Of a DNA stretch of 64,000 bases, positions 38,045-51,794 are shown piece by piece (position 1 is the stretch's first letter; every line of letters begins with the position of its first letter). A model generated the notes under the pieces. That model made no database searches, had not been told where the DNA came from, and saw nothing but the letters and a program-made list of their open reading frames with translations. The DNA is from Azolla caroliniana (taxonomy: Eukaryota > Plantae > Polypodiophyta). Where the stretch lies: NCBI GenBank assembly GCA_043228905.1, contig JBHGNT010000003.1, positions 248,001 to 312,000 of the forward strand, read 5' to 3'. A program made the position numbers and the translations under genes.

Positions 38045-40584
38045 TTTGCAACACAATGTTTCAAGCCTTGACAATGATATTACATAAGTCGCACAAAACC
38101 AAATAACCATCTTATTCTCAAAGTAAGAAATCTCATATATCCCGATGTCCAACATCTACACCATTGCTTCTATACCAAGTGCTTGACCTATAGAAGTGTT
38201 AGTCATACAAAGAGTAAACAAGTATATTCACAAAAGTCAAGAATATGCTTGATTTTCCAAATCTTGCTTGGAATGTTAGATACAAGGTAAAAAAACTAAT
38301 AACAGAAAAATCCTATGAAGGGTGCTTGAAATGATAAAATGGTTGAAAATATGGGGAGTAGAAGATCTATTAGAGCTCTCAGGTGATGTTATGATCATCG
38401 AGGATAAATTACTAGAGGCACTAAGGATGAAGTGGCAAGATGCTAAAATGTAGATTCGAAAATTACATGTTGCAAATCTTAAACCTTGATGTTGGACCTA
38501 ATATAAGGTAGAAATATCAGAGCATGTCTGACTACATCTTAGTAACCCCCATGAGTCTTGGTTCTCAGAGAGCCCTTACACTTCTTTGAACTTGCCCACA
38601 CAAGAATAATGGCATCATCACCCTAGTATGAGATATGCATGGAAAATAAAATGGAGGCTTAATTTTGCGTATTGGCATGCTTTACATATTGAGTAATTTA
38701 CCTAGTATTCAATGTTGATTTTGTAGTTGTTGCACTCTGTGGGTTGACACTTGACATTGAGAGGCGAAAGCCAGGAGAGCGAATGGGGTTATATAAACAA
38801 TAGTCCTAGCCTTAAATGATGGATACTAACATTTTGCATATCAACTCGTGTTGTGCCCAGATGTTGAAGGGTTCACATCAAGGTGCCAAACCTTTTCGAC
38901 CATCTACGTCTCCAAAGGGAGGTTGTTCTCCCCACATTCCTTAGTCTGACCATTTTAGTTAAGTTAGGTAGAATGGGGGTCTCCTTAACCCGTTGTCCAC
39001 GATAGAGAGTTTTTAACAGAGAGTAATATTCCACCATCTTGAGGAGTCGCTAACAAGATGATATGTTTATTTGGTCTTGTACGTTGGACCGTAAAAGATT
39101 ATGGTTGTGTCGCAACTTTTGGGGTTTAGTGACTTGAGGACAATCGGTATGACAAGGCTTAATCGAGAATGGTGTGATGGCAAGAAGATGAGACAGATGT
39201 GAAGTTTTCATGAAAAGAAAAATTAATTTATTAAAACACACTTACAAGATCCTTTGCCAAAAGCTACTTTAGCATGACTTGAACTTGTGTGAACTCTCTT
39301 TTAGAATAAAGGGTTTTGTGGTTAACCACTTCAAAAAATTTCTTAAGTGTTTTCTCCTTTCCTTTTAATTTATTAGATAATCATTACGAAATTCGTTTGA
39401 CCAAAATGAAGTGCTTCGGCAAAACTCGAACTTGCAAACTTTTCTTAAAGAGTGTTTAAAATAAACCACTTCAACAATTCTCTTTTTTCTTTTTCAAATT
39501 TCTCTTCCTCTAACTTTTCTATAAATTTCTACAGGTGGTCTACTCAACACATGTTCGGTTGTGTTTTTTGATTATTTTAATAATAAATTAAAATTAAAAT
39601 TTCACTTTTTTAAATATTACAAAATTGACCTTATTTTAATGATTTCCCCCCTCTATTATAATTAGATTTTTTTATCGCTAACAACATTATTCTTCTAAAC
39701 GCTATATCTTGGGCTTTTGGTGTTTGATTCACGAATTGTAAGATCTACACACTCCTTATCTCAAGCGCTAGTTGGTAGGGAAATATCATTTTTAGCTTTT
39801 TCACAACACCGTCAAATCTAGCATCATCATGTAAAAACAAAATCTATTCTAACCATTTTGTTGTCATTTTCTTTGAGATGAGAAAATTCTTTTATGCAAC
39901 ATCTATTTGGACTTTCTAGGTTCTCTACAGTTGATCCAAGAATATAATTCCTAAAGAACAAGCAAGGTACATGGAGAGAGACAACCGAGATTTGGTGATT
40001 TCTTTGGATTGGGGAGGACAAGGTTTTGGGGCATTCATGACGAGAACTCATCAATTATGCATATTTTACGTGAACAAGTTCATGAGCTTAATAAACCACT
40101 TGACTCGAATGCTTCACCGTTGGTAACATTAAAGTTCAATTTCCCCACATTTTCAACCTTGACTTACATTTGTGCATTAAGGACATGCATAATCCCATAT
40201 GGAAGTCTAGAAGTTCAATACTCATAGCATATATGTAATTCCATCTACCTTTAATCAATTGATCCAAAAATAAACTTCATGGCATAATGTTAAAGATCAT
40301 AGAGTAGTTCTAGAAGGAAACACATGTAGATAAAGGGTTCATTGTTAATCTTAGATGGGTCTTCTACCCACCTAAGCTAAATCCACAAGTGATGTATGAA
40401 AGGAGATGAAGAAAGATGATAGAAACCTGCAAAAGATGTTAGGGATACTTGTAAAATGGTATAATTGTAGATTCCTCGAACTTGTTATTTTAAGGAGGTA
40501 TAAAAGCAAAATCAAAAGCTTTTTGCCTCTTCATTTTCTCTATTATCGAGTGAAAAAATATATATCTCTCAGACATCTTTTGAA

Positions 40585-40775
40585 AATCCTTGCACGAATT
40601 TCTCTCACAACCACAATGTGGACTCTCTATTGCAAGATTCATTGGTAAAGTTCTTGAACATCGAGAGTCGCTACGACATGTATAACGTGAAATGTAATAT
40701 TTTTGGTCTCATAGGTCATATTTGACCTCTATAGAGGATAATAGTACCTATCTATATATCTATCTATCTATCTCC
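40585..40775 (+). mobile_element. Short RTE-like LINE 3' fragment
   Basis: Matches 36317-36482 and ends in the stem-loop motif plus (TATC)n. Confidence 0.75.
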
Positions 40776-42099
40776 AATCCTTACAATTACTCAAAAATCC
40801 TAACACTCTCACAATACCAATCCTTAGTAAGCAATAGTAATTTGAGGAACAACACATTTAATTTTTGGAAACATTGCCTTTGTTGATTTCATGTCTTTTC
40901 CTTTCTTGTCTTAACATTGCATTTGAGTGATACATAGAAAGCTTGGAAGTGTGTATTCATGATTCAGAAACCTTTGTTAAAGTTAAGTATTTTTGAGATC
41001 AAGAAAGAGTTTGTTAGTAAGAAAGACCCCAAGTAACAGATTTAGAATGCTCAATAATGATTGATATCTAGTGTTGTTCTCCTTCCTTGCAATAGGACCA
41101 TGCTTTTTGTTTCCCACAAGAATTTGACATGAGAGAAACTTTGGTCATGGTGTTGACACCATGTTTGAGATTGTTGTGACATGATAAACTCTACACAACA
41201 AAGTCATTGTTTGTTTGAATATATTCAATTTGAACATTTACACATTACCAAGGAAAGAGACATTTGAATGGGAAAAGAAAATCCAACCATGGATGGAGGC
41301 GTTTCATAGATATATACATGTAAATATTCAATGTTTTTGGACTTTACGCCACTATATTTTGGGATGTATTATTTGGTAAGTAGCGGTATAGTATGATGTT
41401 CATTCTCTATAAAGTTAATTAGAAACTAGATTGAAGTTACTCAACATATGCACTAGAATAAAATGGGATCAAGTTCTATTAGTTTGATACAAATGGAGAA
41501 TGTTTATTGGAATCTTCTTTTCCATTCCACATTAGTAGATTTAGAACCCAAACGATCTTATTTCTGTTATGAAAAGGGGGATTATGAAATCATGGAAGTA
41601 ATGACAAGTGATGGCTATTTATTCTTGTTTTTGGCATAAAATAGAAGATTTGGTCCATGTTGGGTACATTTTCCATCACTGGAGACACAAAATAGCTTTC
41701 TAGATTGGAATATAGTTGTTGGCTTTGAATCTTTACCCTTTCATCAAATAATCACCAACAAGGTATATAGGTTGCTTCTTCTAAGTTCCTATGTAAAATA
41801 GTATTGTGATTGCCATTGGAGTATAATTCAATCAAAGTTCTAGTGAAAAAAGATATTTGCAAGAATTTGGCAAACTTTCTTGTCATTCAAGAAAAGGCTT
41901 TTTTGATGGCGTTGCTTACTTGGGATTTTTCCATGTAAGATAAAATATCAATCAAGACACATTGTCACGACAAGATGCCAACAACGCAAACTTCGTATAG
42001 AAACTGTTAACCTTTGAGGTTAAGAAAACAATTCTCTCATTGTTTCTTAAGACTACATTTTGGTAAGTATTTGTTTTGTTCCTAGAGTCCCCTCATACT

Positions 42100-42472
42100 A
42101 CACCCTTCCATCAACACATAACACACAACCTTCCATCAACACATTCCTTATGAATTAAATTTCTTTAAGTCCTCCTATAGACAATCATTTTATGACTGTT
42201 AAGTACCTACTGTATGTAGCACAACCTATGATGATAGCATAATTGGTACCAATGACCAAGTATGAGACCAAGAGAAAAAGGAACACACCCTTCCATCAAC
42301 ACATAACACACAACCTTCCATCAACACATTCCTTATGAATTAAATTTCTTTAAGTCCTCCTACAGACAATCATTCTATGACTGTTAAGTACCTACTGTAT
42401 GTAGCACAACCTATGATGATAGTATAATTGGTACCAATGACCAAGTATGAGACCAAGAGAAAAAGGAACACA
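42100..42472. repeat. 185-bp tandem duplication
   Basis: 42100-42284 is repeated at 42285-42469 with few substitutions. Confidence 0.93.
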
Positions 42473-43424
42473 ACAAAATAGTTCTAGAGCTTTAACCCTA
42501 ATGGGCACCCCACTGTCAAGGGGACAATCTCTTTGTACAAGAACTATAAAAGTCACTTTTGTGACGTTTGAGTCCCCTTGAAAACTAAGTTTTGATCTAT
42601 GTTTAACCTAAATTAGAGCTATCTCACTCTCATACTTGTGAGTGAGTAATTAGTGTTCAGTGCTTTTAAGCAAAACTTAATCACTCCATTGATATGTGTC
42701 ATGGTGACCTCTTGTTATTCATAGTGTGGTTGGTATCATTACCTATAACTTCTTTTGGTAGTGATGTATATAACTCTAAAGCCTTTATAAGGGATTAATT
42801 GACTTCTTAATTATAATTGTCTTTGTAAGAGTTTCGTGATAGTTTTCTAGGGTAGGGAAGGCAACGTTAATGGATCAAGAGTAATTGACACCACTCTCGC
42901 CTAATTTGCCATGAATAGGGAATATGACAATTCGGAGCCTCTAGGTACAATACCAGCATACAAATACAACTCGACTAGTACAAAATGTGTGCTTGGTGAA
43001 TACACCTTGAGCCAAAACAATGACAATTTTCAAATTTTCTTTTAGTGCTTTGGCGCATTGTTCAGTACAACATTAATTGTTTGTGAGGTTTTACTTGTCT
43101 TGAGATTTCCCACCAATAATATAAAGTGTTACTAAAAACAGAAACTAAATATGAAAATACTAAGGCTCATTTTTTAAGAGCGTACAAGAGACGATATGCT
43201 TAATGGTAAAGTATATACACTTAGACTCTCGTAAGTTCTTAAGTTGAGTCTAAGTTACATCACTACAATCCCATGTAAAAAACTATATAGTTTGAGTTGA
43301 GGATCACTTGTGATATGCATGCATTTCATGCTAATTCAAAAAAATCCTAAACTGAACATGCATTTAACTTTTTAATATTCATGATTATATCCCTCCATCT
43401 AGAAAATAAAAACTACAAGATCCT

Positions 43425-46400
43425 CAAAGTCTAACATCAGAATAGCCGAGCTCGATATAGAGTGATCTGCTAAGGCAATAACTTCCTAGAGAAGCAACAC
43501 ATTATCAAAGATACACCTACCCTTGATAAACCCTGTTTGATTCTCATGTGTGATGTCCGATAAGAAGCTTGCTATCTGCTGAGCTAGGACTTTTGTGAGT
43601 ATCTTGTATATTGTGTTGAGGATCGTGATTGGACGCCATTGTCGCAACTCTAGGCTTCACCCTGCTACTTTAGGGATGAGATAGATCATCCCCTCAACAA
43701 GGCTAGTCAGCATCGTTCTTGAGATCCAAATCTCCTGAACCTCGGCTTCCAATGACGGGATAACACTTTCCCAATGAATCTCAAAAATATCTTGTGAGAG
43801 ACCATCGGGGTCAGGGAATGCTCCTCTCCGCAATTCCCCGAGTGCCTTCGAGAATTCTAATCAAGAAATGGGACTATTGAGCACAACTTCCATGTCATGG
43901 GTTACCTTGGGGTGAATGCAAGCCATCACCCTCTCAACGAGCTTCGTGTTTTGTTGCATATGCATAGGTGCGAGCAAGTTGCGATAGTATTGTGTGATGA
44001 GAGCTATGGGCCTACCCCAACAATGGAGGAATTGCACTTCTGCACTCTATCGGCTTGCTACCAGTAGTGTGCTGGTAGCTGGTGCTAGGGGCCCTGCCTT
44101 CCAACTACATCGCTAAGTGAGGCAAGGTTGTCCCCTAGCCCTATATCTCTATCTATTTGTAACCGAGGCTTTCTCTGCCTACTTACAAGCACCAAGTAGC
44201 GGACTGAGGGGATTGCCCGTTCCCAATGTGAGTGAAGATATTCTGTTATCTGAATATGCCGACGATACGGTCCTTTTCTAGCAGGGCGATGAATCATGAG
44301 AATTTGCTGCGGGCTGAATATCTTGTTGAGGACTTTTGTCAGGCTGCTGGTGCCAAGGTCAATTGGGATAAAACCCAAGGCCTCTGGTTCAGCGAACAAG
44401 AGAAACCAAGGTGGCAATCCCATGCTGATTTTACATGGGTTCTTGATGGAACGACATTCCAATACCTAGGATTTCCGATGGGGAGGGCAATCCCCAAGGG
44501 AGTGCAATTGTCCCATGTGCAAGCCAAAATAAGGAAGAAGCTGAACCAATGGAGCAGATCTAAATTATCCTTCGCTGGTAGGGTTCTTATTGCGAACCAA
44601 GTGATGCTCGCCACCATGTGGCACTCAGTCTCCTACTGAATTATGGACCCTGCAGGTTTGCACATGATTACGACTGCCATAAGGGGGTTTATATGGTCAG
44701 GTAAGGAAAACCTGATGGCTGCCGCTAGAGTGTCATGGGATTGGTTAACACAACCGTGGGTCAAAGGGGGGCTTGGCCTCATAGACCCCTTAATGCAGAG
44801 CCGAGCATTGCTAGCCAAAATGGTGGTTCGATGCCTTCTGCCAAGTAAGGGGTGCTGGAAGGTACTACTTTGTAACAAATTGCAAGCAGGGACTCCCAAG
44901 TATGGTAGGCCTTGTCCTGACTCCTTGAATTGGTGTTGCACGAGTGGAGTCCCACCCAAGATGGCTTGTCAACTGGAGGACAAGGTCACGAACTCCATCT
45001 TGCGGGCATGGTGTCACGTACGACATTACTTGGTCAAGCACACCCCGGAGACACTAATCGAGTGGTCTAGACAACCATTATTTTGGAACTCTCAGGTGCG
45101 AACAAGTGACGACATGATGTTTGGTTGGCTTAAGGGCCTAACATGGGGAAAGCTGGCGCAGACATGGCTCCACTCAATAGATGATTGGAGACGCACGATG
45201 GCTTCAGGAGGAGCTAGGAGGCCCCGTTCCCTCCCCTCAATGGAGCCATGAAATTGCGGAGATTGATATCTAAGGCAGTTGATAGGGTTCCGATGGGGGA
45301 AATGAGAGAAGATGCATGTTTTGGTCTCTTTGATGAGGCTGGAATGGTTAAGGTGCTGAAGGGCGTGAGTGGATCGGGAAGAGATATAATTTTTGGGGAA
45401 GTCAGAGTACGGGCTCTTGGCATCCAATCCGAGTGGTGACGCAGGTTGATAACATCTGGAAGATAGACCCGGATGTTGCTAAGGTGGAACCCCATTGGAA
45501 GTTATGGGTATACGGTTGTCGGCCACTCGTCGAATAGAATGGGACCCAAGGGATTTCAGGTGGAAACATGATGACAAATTCCGCCATTTCTTCGAGAATA
45601 GCACTAAATTGGGCCGGACTTTACAATTGTAGCAAGATGGCCTCTTATGCAATGGCTGGCGAACATTGGGCATCCCTGATGAGGTGCTCATTACCTTTTG
45701 GAAGGGTCTCTGGCGTCTCTACATGCCTGAAAAGGTTAAGCTCTTTTGGTGGCAAATCGGTCATAATGTGGTTCTCGTTGGCGAATGGCTAGGTAAATGT
45801 GGCAGCTTGTTAGGTTGCCCACTTTGCCCTTCACCTATTGAGACTCTGAGACATTGTCTGTGGGATTTCCCTCAAGCTCAAAAGGTATGGGATAGAGTGA
45901 CTCGCCTCCTTGTGGCATGTGAAGTGGAAAGAACAACATTGTGGAGTATTGCAGCATGGATTGATCACTCCGTTGATAGGTGGACGGACGCCTTCAATGC
46001 AGATAGTTGGTGCTACGTATGCACGAGAGAAAAAATTGCCAAGATTCGTTTTGAGAGAGGCTTGCAATCCGCATCCCCTAGGTTCCTAGAAATTTGGATG
46101 CTGATCGCAGGCTTCACCTTGTGGATGTATGGAAAGCGCGTTGCCTAAAGGTCTTTCAAGATCTGGTATGGCCCCTGGAGCCAATGATCATGGACATATG
46201 GTTTGCGCTTATCAGCTGCCTACGAGGGCAATTGGACGAGGTTTGCAGCCATTCCAACGACGAGGTCACTGCTCGTTTGCGCTTTTGGCAGAAATGGTAG
46301 AACACGCCTATGGTGACACAAGGAGGAAGTGACCCGAGGTGGAACTACTAGCCCCCACGTTGGCTGTTTCCGACTCACTTGCCTCCCTCCCTTCGTTGTA

Positions 46401-46621
46401 GGCCCTAGGAGTGGCTCGTACTAGCCAACACTGAAGGGCACCGTTTTTAGTTATAGGTATCTACTTACATTAAGTAGTCAGTCTGAAAAGCTATGTAAGT
46501 AGTCTCATTTTCTTGAACTTGATCGGAGGGAGATTCCCCGATTTGTGTATAAGCCTCCTTGTACAGTTTCTTTGTAATAATCCGTCCTAACTAATGGGAA
46601 AGTAGCTTCATTTTGGATAAA
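43425..46621 (+). mobile_element. L1-clade LINE with inverted 5' segment (43425 to ~44000 on minus), poly(A) and 17-bp TSD
   Basis: TSD AAAAACTACAAGATCCT at 43408-43424 and 46622-46638. Plus strand: VRQGCPLA, EYADDT, FQYLGFP and zf-RVT. Minus strand 43425-44000: PDGL, WRPITILNTIYKIL.K, QTGFIKGR.IFDN, LMLDF. Confidence 0.9.
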
Positions 46622-48398
46622 AAAAACTACAAGATCCTTCAATTTCACGTCAATTTAAGATCAATGGCAAATTAATTAGCAACTGATTTGGCTCTAAAAA
46701 GTTCTTTTAACAAGTTAAGTTTTATCTCTCTCTCTCTCTCACACACACACCACACACATACAAAGATGAGAATAAATACTATGGTGTTGATGCTACATTT
46801 AGTTGATCTCCCACCTTATCCATGCGGTTTTCATCCCTTTTTTGGAGACTACCATGTGGCTTATTTCTTTAGTGCCTTTGGTCCCAAGGTGATTAATGCA
46901 AACATTGTCTTGTATATAACTAGGAAACAAAGTTAATAAGATTGTATGATCTCTTTTCATCGTCTATATGCAAACTTGTAGCATATTACAAATTAGGTTA
47001 TTGAATATGGCCCATAGAGAAATTGCGTGGTCATGTGTGATGTTACAATACGAACACTGAAGTAACGCAATGACTTGGAGATAGTATGGTTCCCATATTT
47101 CCCCTATTACTCTTCATGCAATAGAAAGCATGTCTTATCATTGCCTCACAACATGGCCCATATAGAGGCATTATGAATTATTTCTAAGTTTTGATTGTAT
47201 TTTAATTCCCCTATTATGATAAGGGAAGCACGTGTCTTAGTATAAGAGTGAATCTACTTGTGGCCCGTATGCAAATTGCAATGATATATTATTTACCACA
47301 TGTGTAAAATTTCCTACTTGTTATAAAGTATATTTATCACACCTTAAGAGAATGTTTGGCCAAGTCATATAGACTTTTTAACACATGTGTAGCCAAAATA
47401 TGTTTGCATCCTAATGATGATCTAACAATTTGAATTATTGTGTCACATATGTGCTCATGAGTCTTGGGAACCATTTAAAATGTAGGTGAATGCCCAAACA
47501 ATTCTCTTAAAAAATATATGGTTGGTTGGTTGGTGTATGTATCTCTTGTTTTTAGACATGTGAGGTATTTATGTATTAGCCATTTTGTGAGTAATTGTTG
47601 GCTTTAGGAACCAAAACATGGAGAGCATGTTTATCCTTTTTTATTGATGCTACAAAAAAAGATACTCTTTTTTCTGAAATTCATTTTTATCAAGAATATC
47701 TAGATGTCCCAAGGATATTTAGATCAGACACATGTGAAAGAGAGAAGGGATAGAGTACAATTTATTGTATCAATTGCATTGAGCCATGAAGTTATAAAGC
47801 CAACACGTGATGGAAACATATTATGTTGTTGAAATGAATGATGTCTATGGTTTCACAACCCAAAGATTGAGATTGATTCAATGTGATGTGAAGTTTTATG
47901 AGCATGTGCATGAAATACAAGCATGACAAAAGTTTTCTTCTCATGCCAATCAACTTATGATGGAGACTTGCATGCATATTACATATTACATAAAACACAT
48001 GTGACATGCACATATATATAAAAATAATATATAGCTTCTACCATTTTTGTTTTGGAAGACTTCAATGCACCACATTAATGGTTCTATAGTATGTACATAC
48101 TATGAACCATAGGTGCATTCAGATTCGAGAAGGTTTCAATAATTTGAGTATGGTAAACACCCTCGAAGTATGGTAAATACCATACTTTTGGATTCAGTAT
48201 TTATTGTAAGATAAAAATAATCTCAAGGTAAAAAAGTTAACAAAATTGCAAAAAACACGTTACTTCTTTGTAAATAACAATATGCTTTTTTTCATAAATT
48301 CTAGTAACAAATATCCAAAATGCCTAATCTTCAAATTTTTTTCTCAATGAGTTGTTACAACAAAACAAAAATTCCTAATCTTCATCCAAGTTGATATC

Positions 48399-50530
48399 TG
48401 TGGAGGATCGTGACCGGCCACAACCGGCTTATCGTTCAGATGTTCGGGTGCAAGGAATGTAAAGTAGAATGCACTCAGACAGAGTACGAAAACAGAAATA
48501 GCACAAGAGACAGAAACACACGATCTTAACGTGGAAACCCGAAATGGGAAAACCACGGGGGTCCACAAACCCCGAGAAACAGAATCACTATGCTAAAAGG
48601 AGGAGTACAACTAGAAGCTTCGACGCAACGACCTCGAGATTCTACTTCGTCAACAGACGACTACATAGTTACACATTCTCTCACTCTCACTCACTATTTT
48701 CACAGTTACAGAGGCAACGACCTTGTGAGTAACTTTTAACAATAACTCATAAATCACATTATGATTGTCCTAAGTACTTATACTAGTACACCTTTTGGGT
48801 TATTTACAAGTGTAGCCCATAAGGGCATATTTAGACTATTTACAAGTATAGTCTTCTGAGTTGGCTGTCTACACGATTTCAGTTTCTCATCAACTTGGCT
48901 CTTCTCTTCCCATCCGGAGGGACCCGTTTCCTAACAAACTCCCCATTCACTCCGGCATGGGGTACTGCACCAATCCGATCTTCCGTCGGCACGCGCTCAA
49001 CTTTTCGGCTGGTAACCCTTTAGTCAACATATCTGATCCATTTTCGGCCGTGTGGACCTTCACTAGAGCGAACTCCATTTCTTCTACCATCTCCTAGAGC
49101 CAATGATACCTTCGTTGGATGTGCTTTGTCCTCGAGTGGTAGGCAACATTTTTCGCAAGGTGGATGAAACTCTAATTATCGCAATAGAGTCGGAATTCTT
49201 CTTCCTGTTGAATTCCCAGCTCACTGATAAACTCCTTCATCCATACGATTTCCTTGCCGGTTTCCGCCGCGGCCATGTACTCGGCTTCCGTGGTCGACAA
49301 TGCCACGACCTTCTACAACCTCGATTGCCACAAGACAGGTCCCCTTGCATATGTCATTACGTATTCGGACGTGGATCGACTGGTATCTACATCAACCAAC
49401 ATGTCCGAATCTGTGTAGCCATCCAATGTGGGGTTACTTGAGCTGAAACGAAGACACACACTCGAGGTGCCTCTCAGGTACCGAAATATCCATTTCACGG
49501 CAGCCCAATGCTCTTTCCCGAGATTGCTCATATATCAGTTGACCACTCCGATGGCGTATCCAATATCCGGCCTGGTACACACCATTGCGTACATCAAACT
49601 TCCAACCGCCGAGGCATAAGGGACTTTTGACATCTCGGGCTTTTCGGTTTTCGATTTCGGACATTGATCTTTACTCAACTTGCAATTCATTGGCAGTGTC
49701 GAGCCGACCGGTTTCGCGCCTTCCATGCCAAATCTCTGGGGCACCTTTGTCACATATTTCTCATGTGACAGCCATAGCAATTTCTTTGTTCTGTCTCGAA
49801 CAATTTGCATACCCAGAATTTGCTTTACCGGACCCATATCCTTCATCGAGAATGACCCGTTCAAGGACTTCTTTAGGCTCGGATCTTCATATGGTCCCGT
49901 CCGACAATTACCATGTTGTCCACGTACAACAAAAGGATGAGGAAATCTCCGCCATCGAACTTCTTCACAAATACGCAATGATCGGCCTGCGTTTTGTGGT
50001 ACTCATTTTTGGTCATGAAGGATTCGAATTTCGGTACCATTTCCATGGAGCTTGCTTCAACCCGTACAAGCCCTTCCTCAATCGACATACTAGATTTTCT
50101 TTACCTTTTGTTACGAATCCTTCTGGCTGCTGCATATATATAACTTCTCTTTGAGATATCCGTGTAGAAACGCCATCTTGACATCCAATTGTTCGACTTC
50201 GAGATCCATGCTGGTCGCAATGCTCAGCACGGTTCGAATGGATGTCATTTTCACTATCAGTGCAAATATTTCGTCGAAATTCACGCCCTTCTTGTGTTGA
50301 ATCCCTTTTATGACAATTCATGCTTTGTATCTGGGTGGATTTCGGCCATCTCCTGGTTTCAACTTGTATACCCACTTATTTCGGAGTGCATTCTTCCCCT
50401 TCGACAACTTGGTCAGTTCATATGTGTGGTTCTCATGCAAGGAATCCATCTCCTCTTGTATAGCATGTAACCACTCTCGGCTGTGGGTAGATTAGCTTCT
50501 TCGTAGCTTTCCGGCTCCCCCTCATCGGTT
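48399..50530 (-). mobile_element. Decayed, 5'-deleted copia of the same Tnt1-like family: RT/RNase H pseudogene plus 3' LTR 48399-48936
   Basis: Frameshifted homology to the intact copies (VPYASAVGSLMYAMVCTRPDIGYA, FVKKFDGGDFLILLLYVD); PPT next to ...CTAACA at 48936. Confidence 0.88.
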
Positions 50531-50683
50531 AGTGGTGGCATTAATTGACCACAGGTCGGAAATTAACCTGATGTCCATGGACTTCTACAAAAGGGGGAAT
50601 TGGCTGATCAACACCAAACACGGGTGGAAGATTCACGCGACTACAAGAGCCAATGAAGAACTAGACGGGGCTTGCCCGAACGT
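50531..50683 (+). mobile_element. Gypsy protease fragment from an older copy of the family at 50684-59714
   Basis: VALIDHRSEINLMSMDFYK.G.W.INTKH.WKI.ATT is near-identical to 58468-58610. Confidence 0.85.
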
Positions 50684-51794
50684 TGCCGTGGAGAAAACCG
50701 TCCCTAGGCAGAAACTGAGTATAACGTGCGTAAACCGGCCCTTACACGTGGGCACAAGTTTTGTTGTATAGTCCGTAGGTAGGTACAAGTTGCCTGAGGC
50801 GAAATCCTAAGTAGCACGCATTCAGTAGGGAGAGAATCAAGGCGTATCCCTGTTCGAAAGGACAGGGAATAAACATGATGTGATAGATGGTAACAACCTC
50901 TCTCCTTAGGCTATAAAAGAGAGGGAGAGGTATGGAAAAGGGAGCATGTTTTAGCAGAGGACGAAGTGCTGCTGGACGGGGACTATGCCCTTCTCCTCTC
51001 CTCCGTTCCCCCTTTAATTGTTCTGTGCAGGTTTTGGGAGGTTGACTCTGCTCCGCGGGACGCCCGAGTGCTACCGGTAGAGTCTCCATCTCGCGTTTTG
51101 TGTGTGTGTGTGTGCGTAGGTGTCGGTGCCCATCACTTGCCGGCTTGCCGGTTGTAACACCTTGATTTATATATATATATGTAAACATTCGTTCTGTCTC
51201 CATCTGGTGTTCTGTAGCTAATTGCAATTCCTGTGATTCTGTGGGTCTGTGCATGTGTGAATTACATCGTAAGAGTCCTTCCCCTCCCTTCATTCGGTTA
51301 TTTCTCGGTCCGAGGCCCCGGTGGTCCCGCCTCATTCTCCACGCATGCGCGTAACAATGCGACATATTTGGTGAACCCCACGTGAACAGGCGGCAGAGGA
51401 ATAGAAAGATGAGAGGGTCGGATCTTGCAGAAGCCATGGCTTCGGCTGTGGATCGGATAGTGAGTGCGCGCGAAGGCACAGGCGCCCTTGATAGGGCTAT
51501 TGAAGCGGTCGTTGGTACGATAGGCCGGTTCTGTGGGAAGGACGCCACGAGCTATTTGGAGGCCTACCGAGCCGAAATGGTGTTGAGGGACATCTCGGAG
51601 GACAGGAGACTGGCCGGATTCCCTCGGGTGGCGATGCCGGGCATCCACGCGGAGGTGCTTGAGGTACGGGCTGAGTGTCGGACTTGGGAAGAGTTTGAAG
51701 GTTGGCTCCTTGAAAAATACGGGCTTGATGACGCGCTCCAGCTGTCGAAGCGGGACTTCATGGAATGGGTGGAGACCCCCGAAAAGGGGAGAAA

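Noticed and set aside
38200-43400. Possible DNA-transposon remnants in AT-rich intergenic DNA
   Set aside because: No convincing TIR, TSD or transposase motif could be read by eye.
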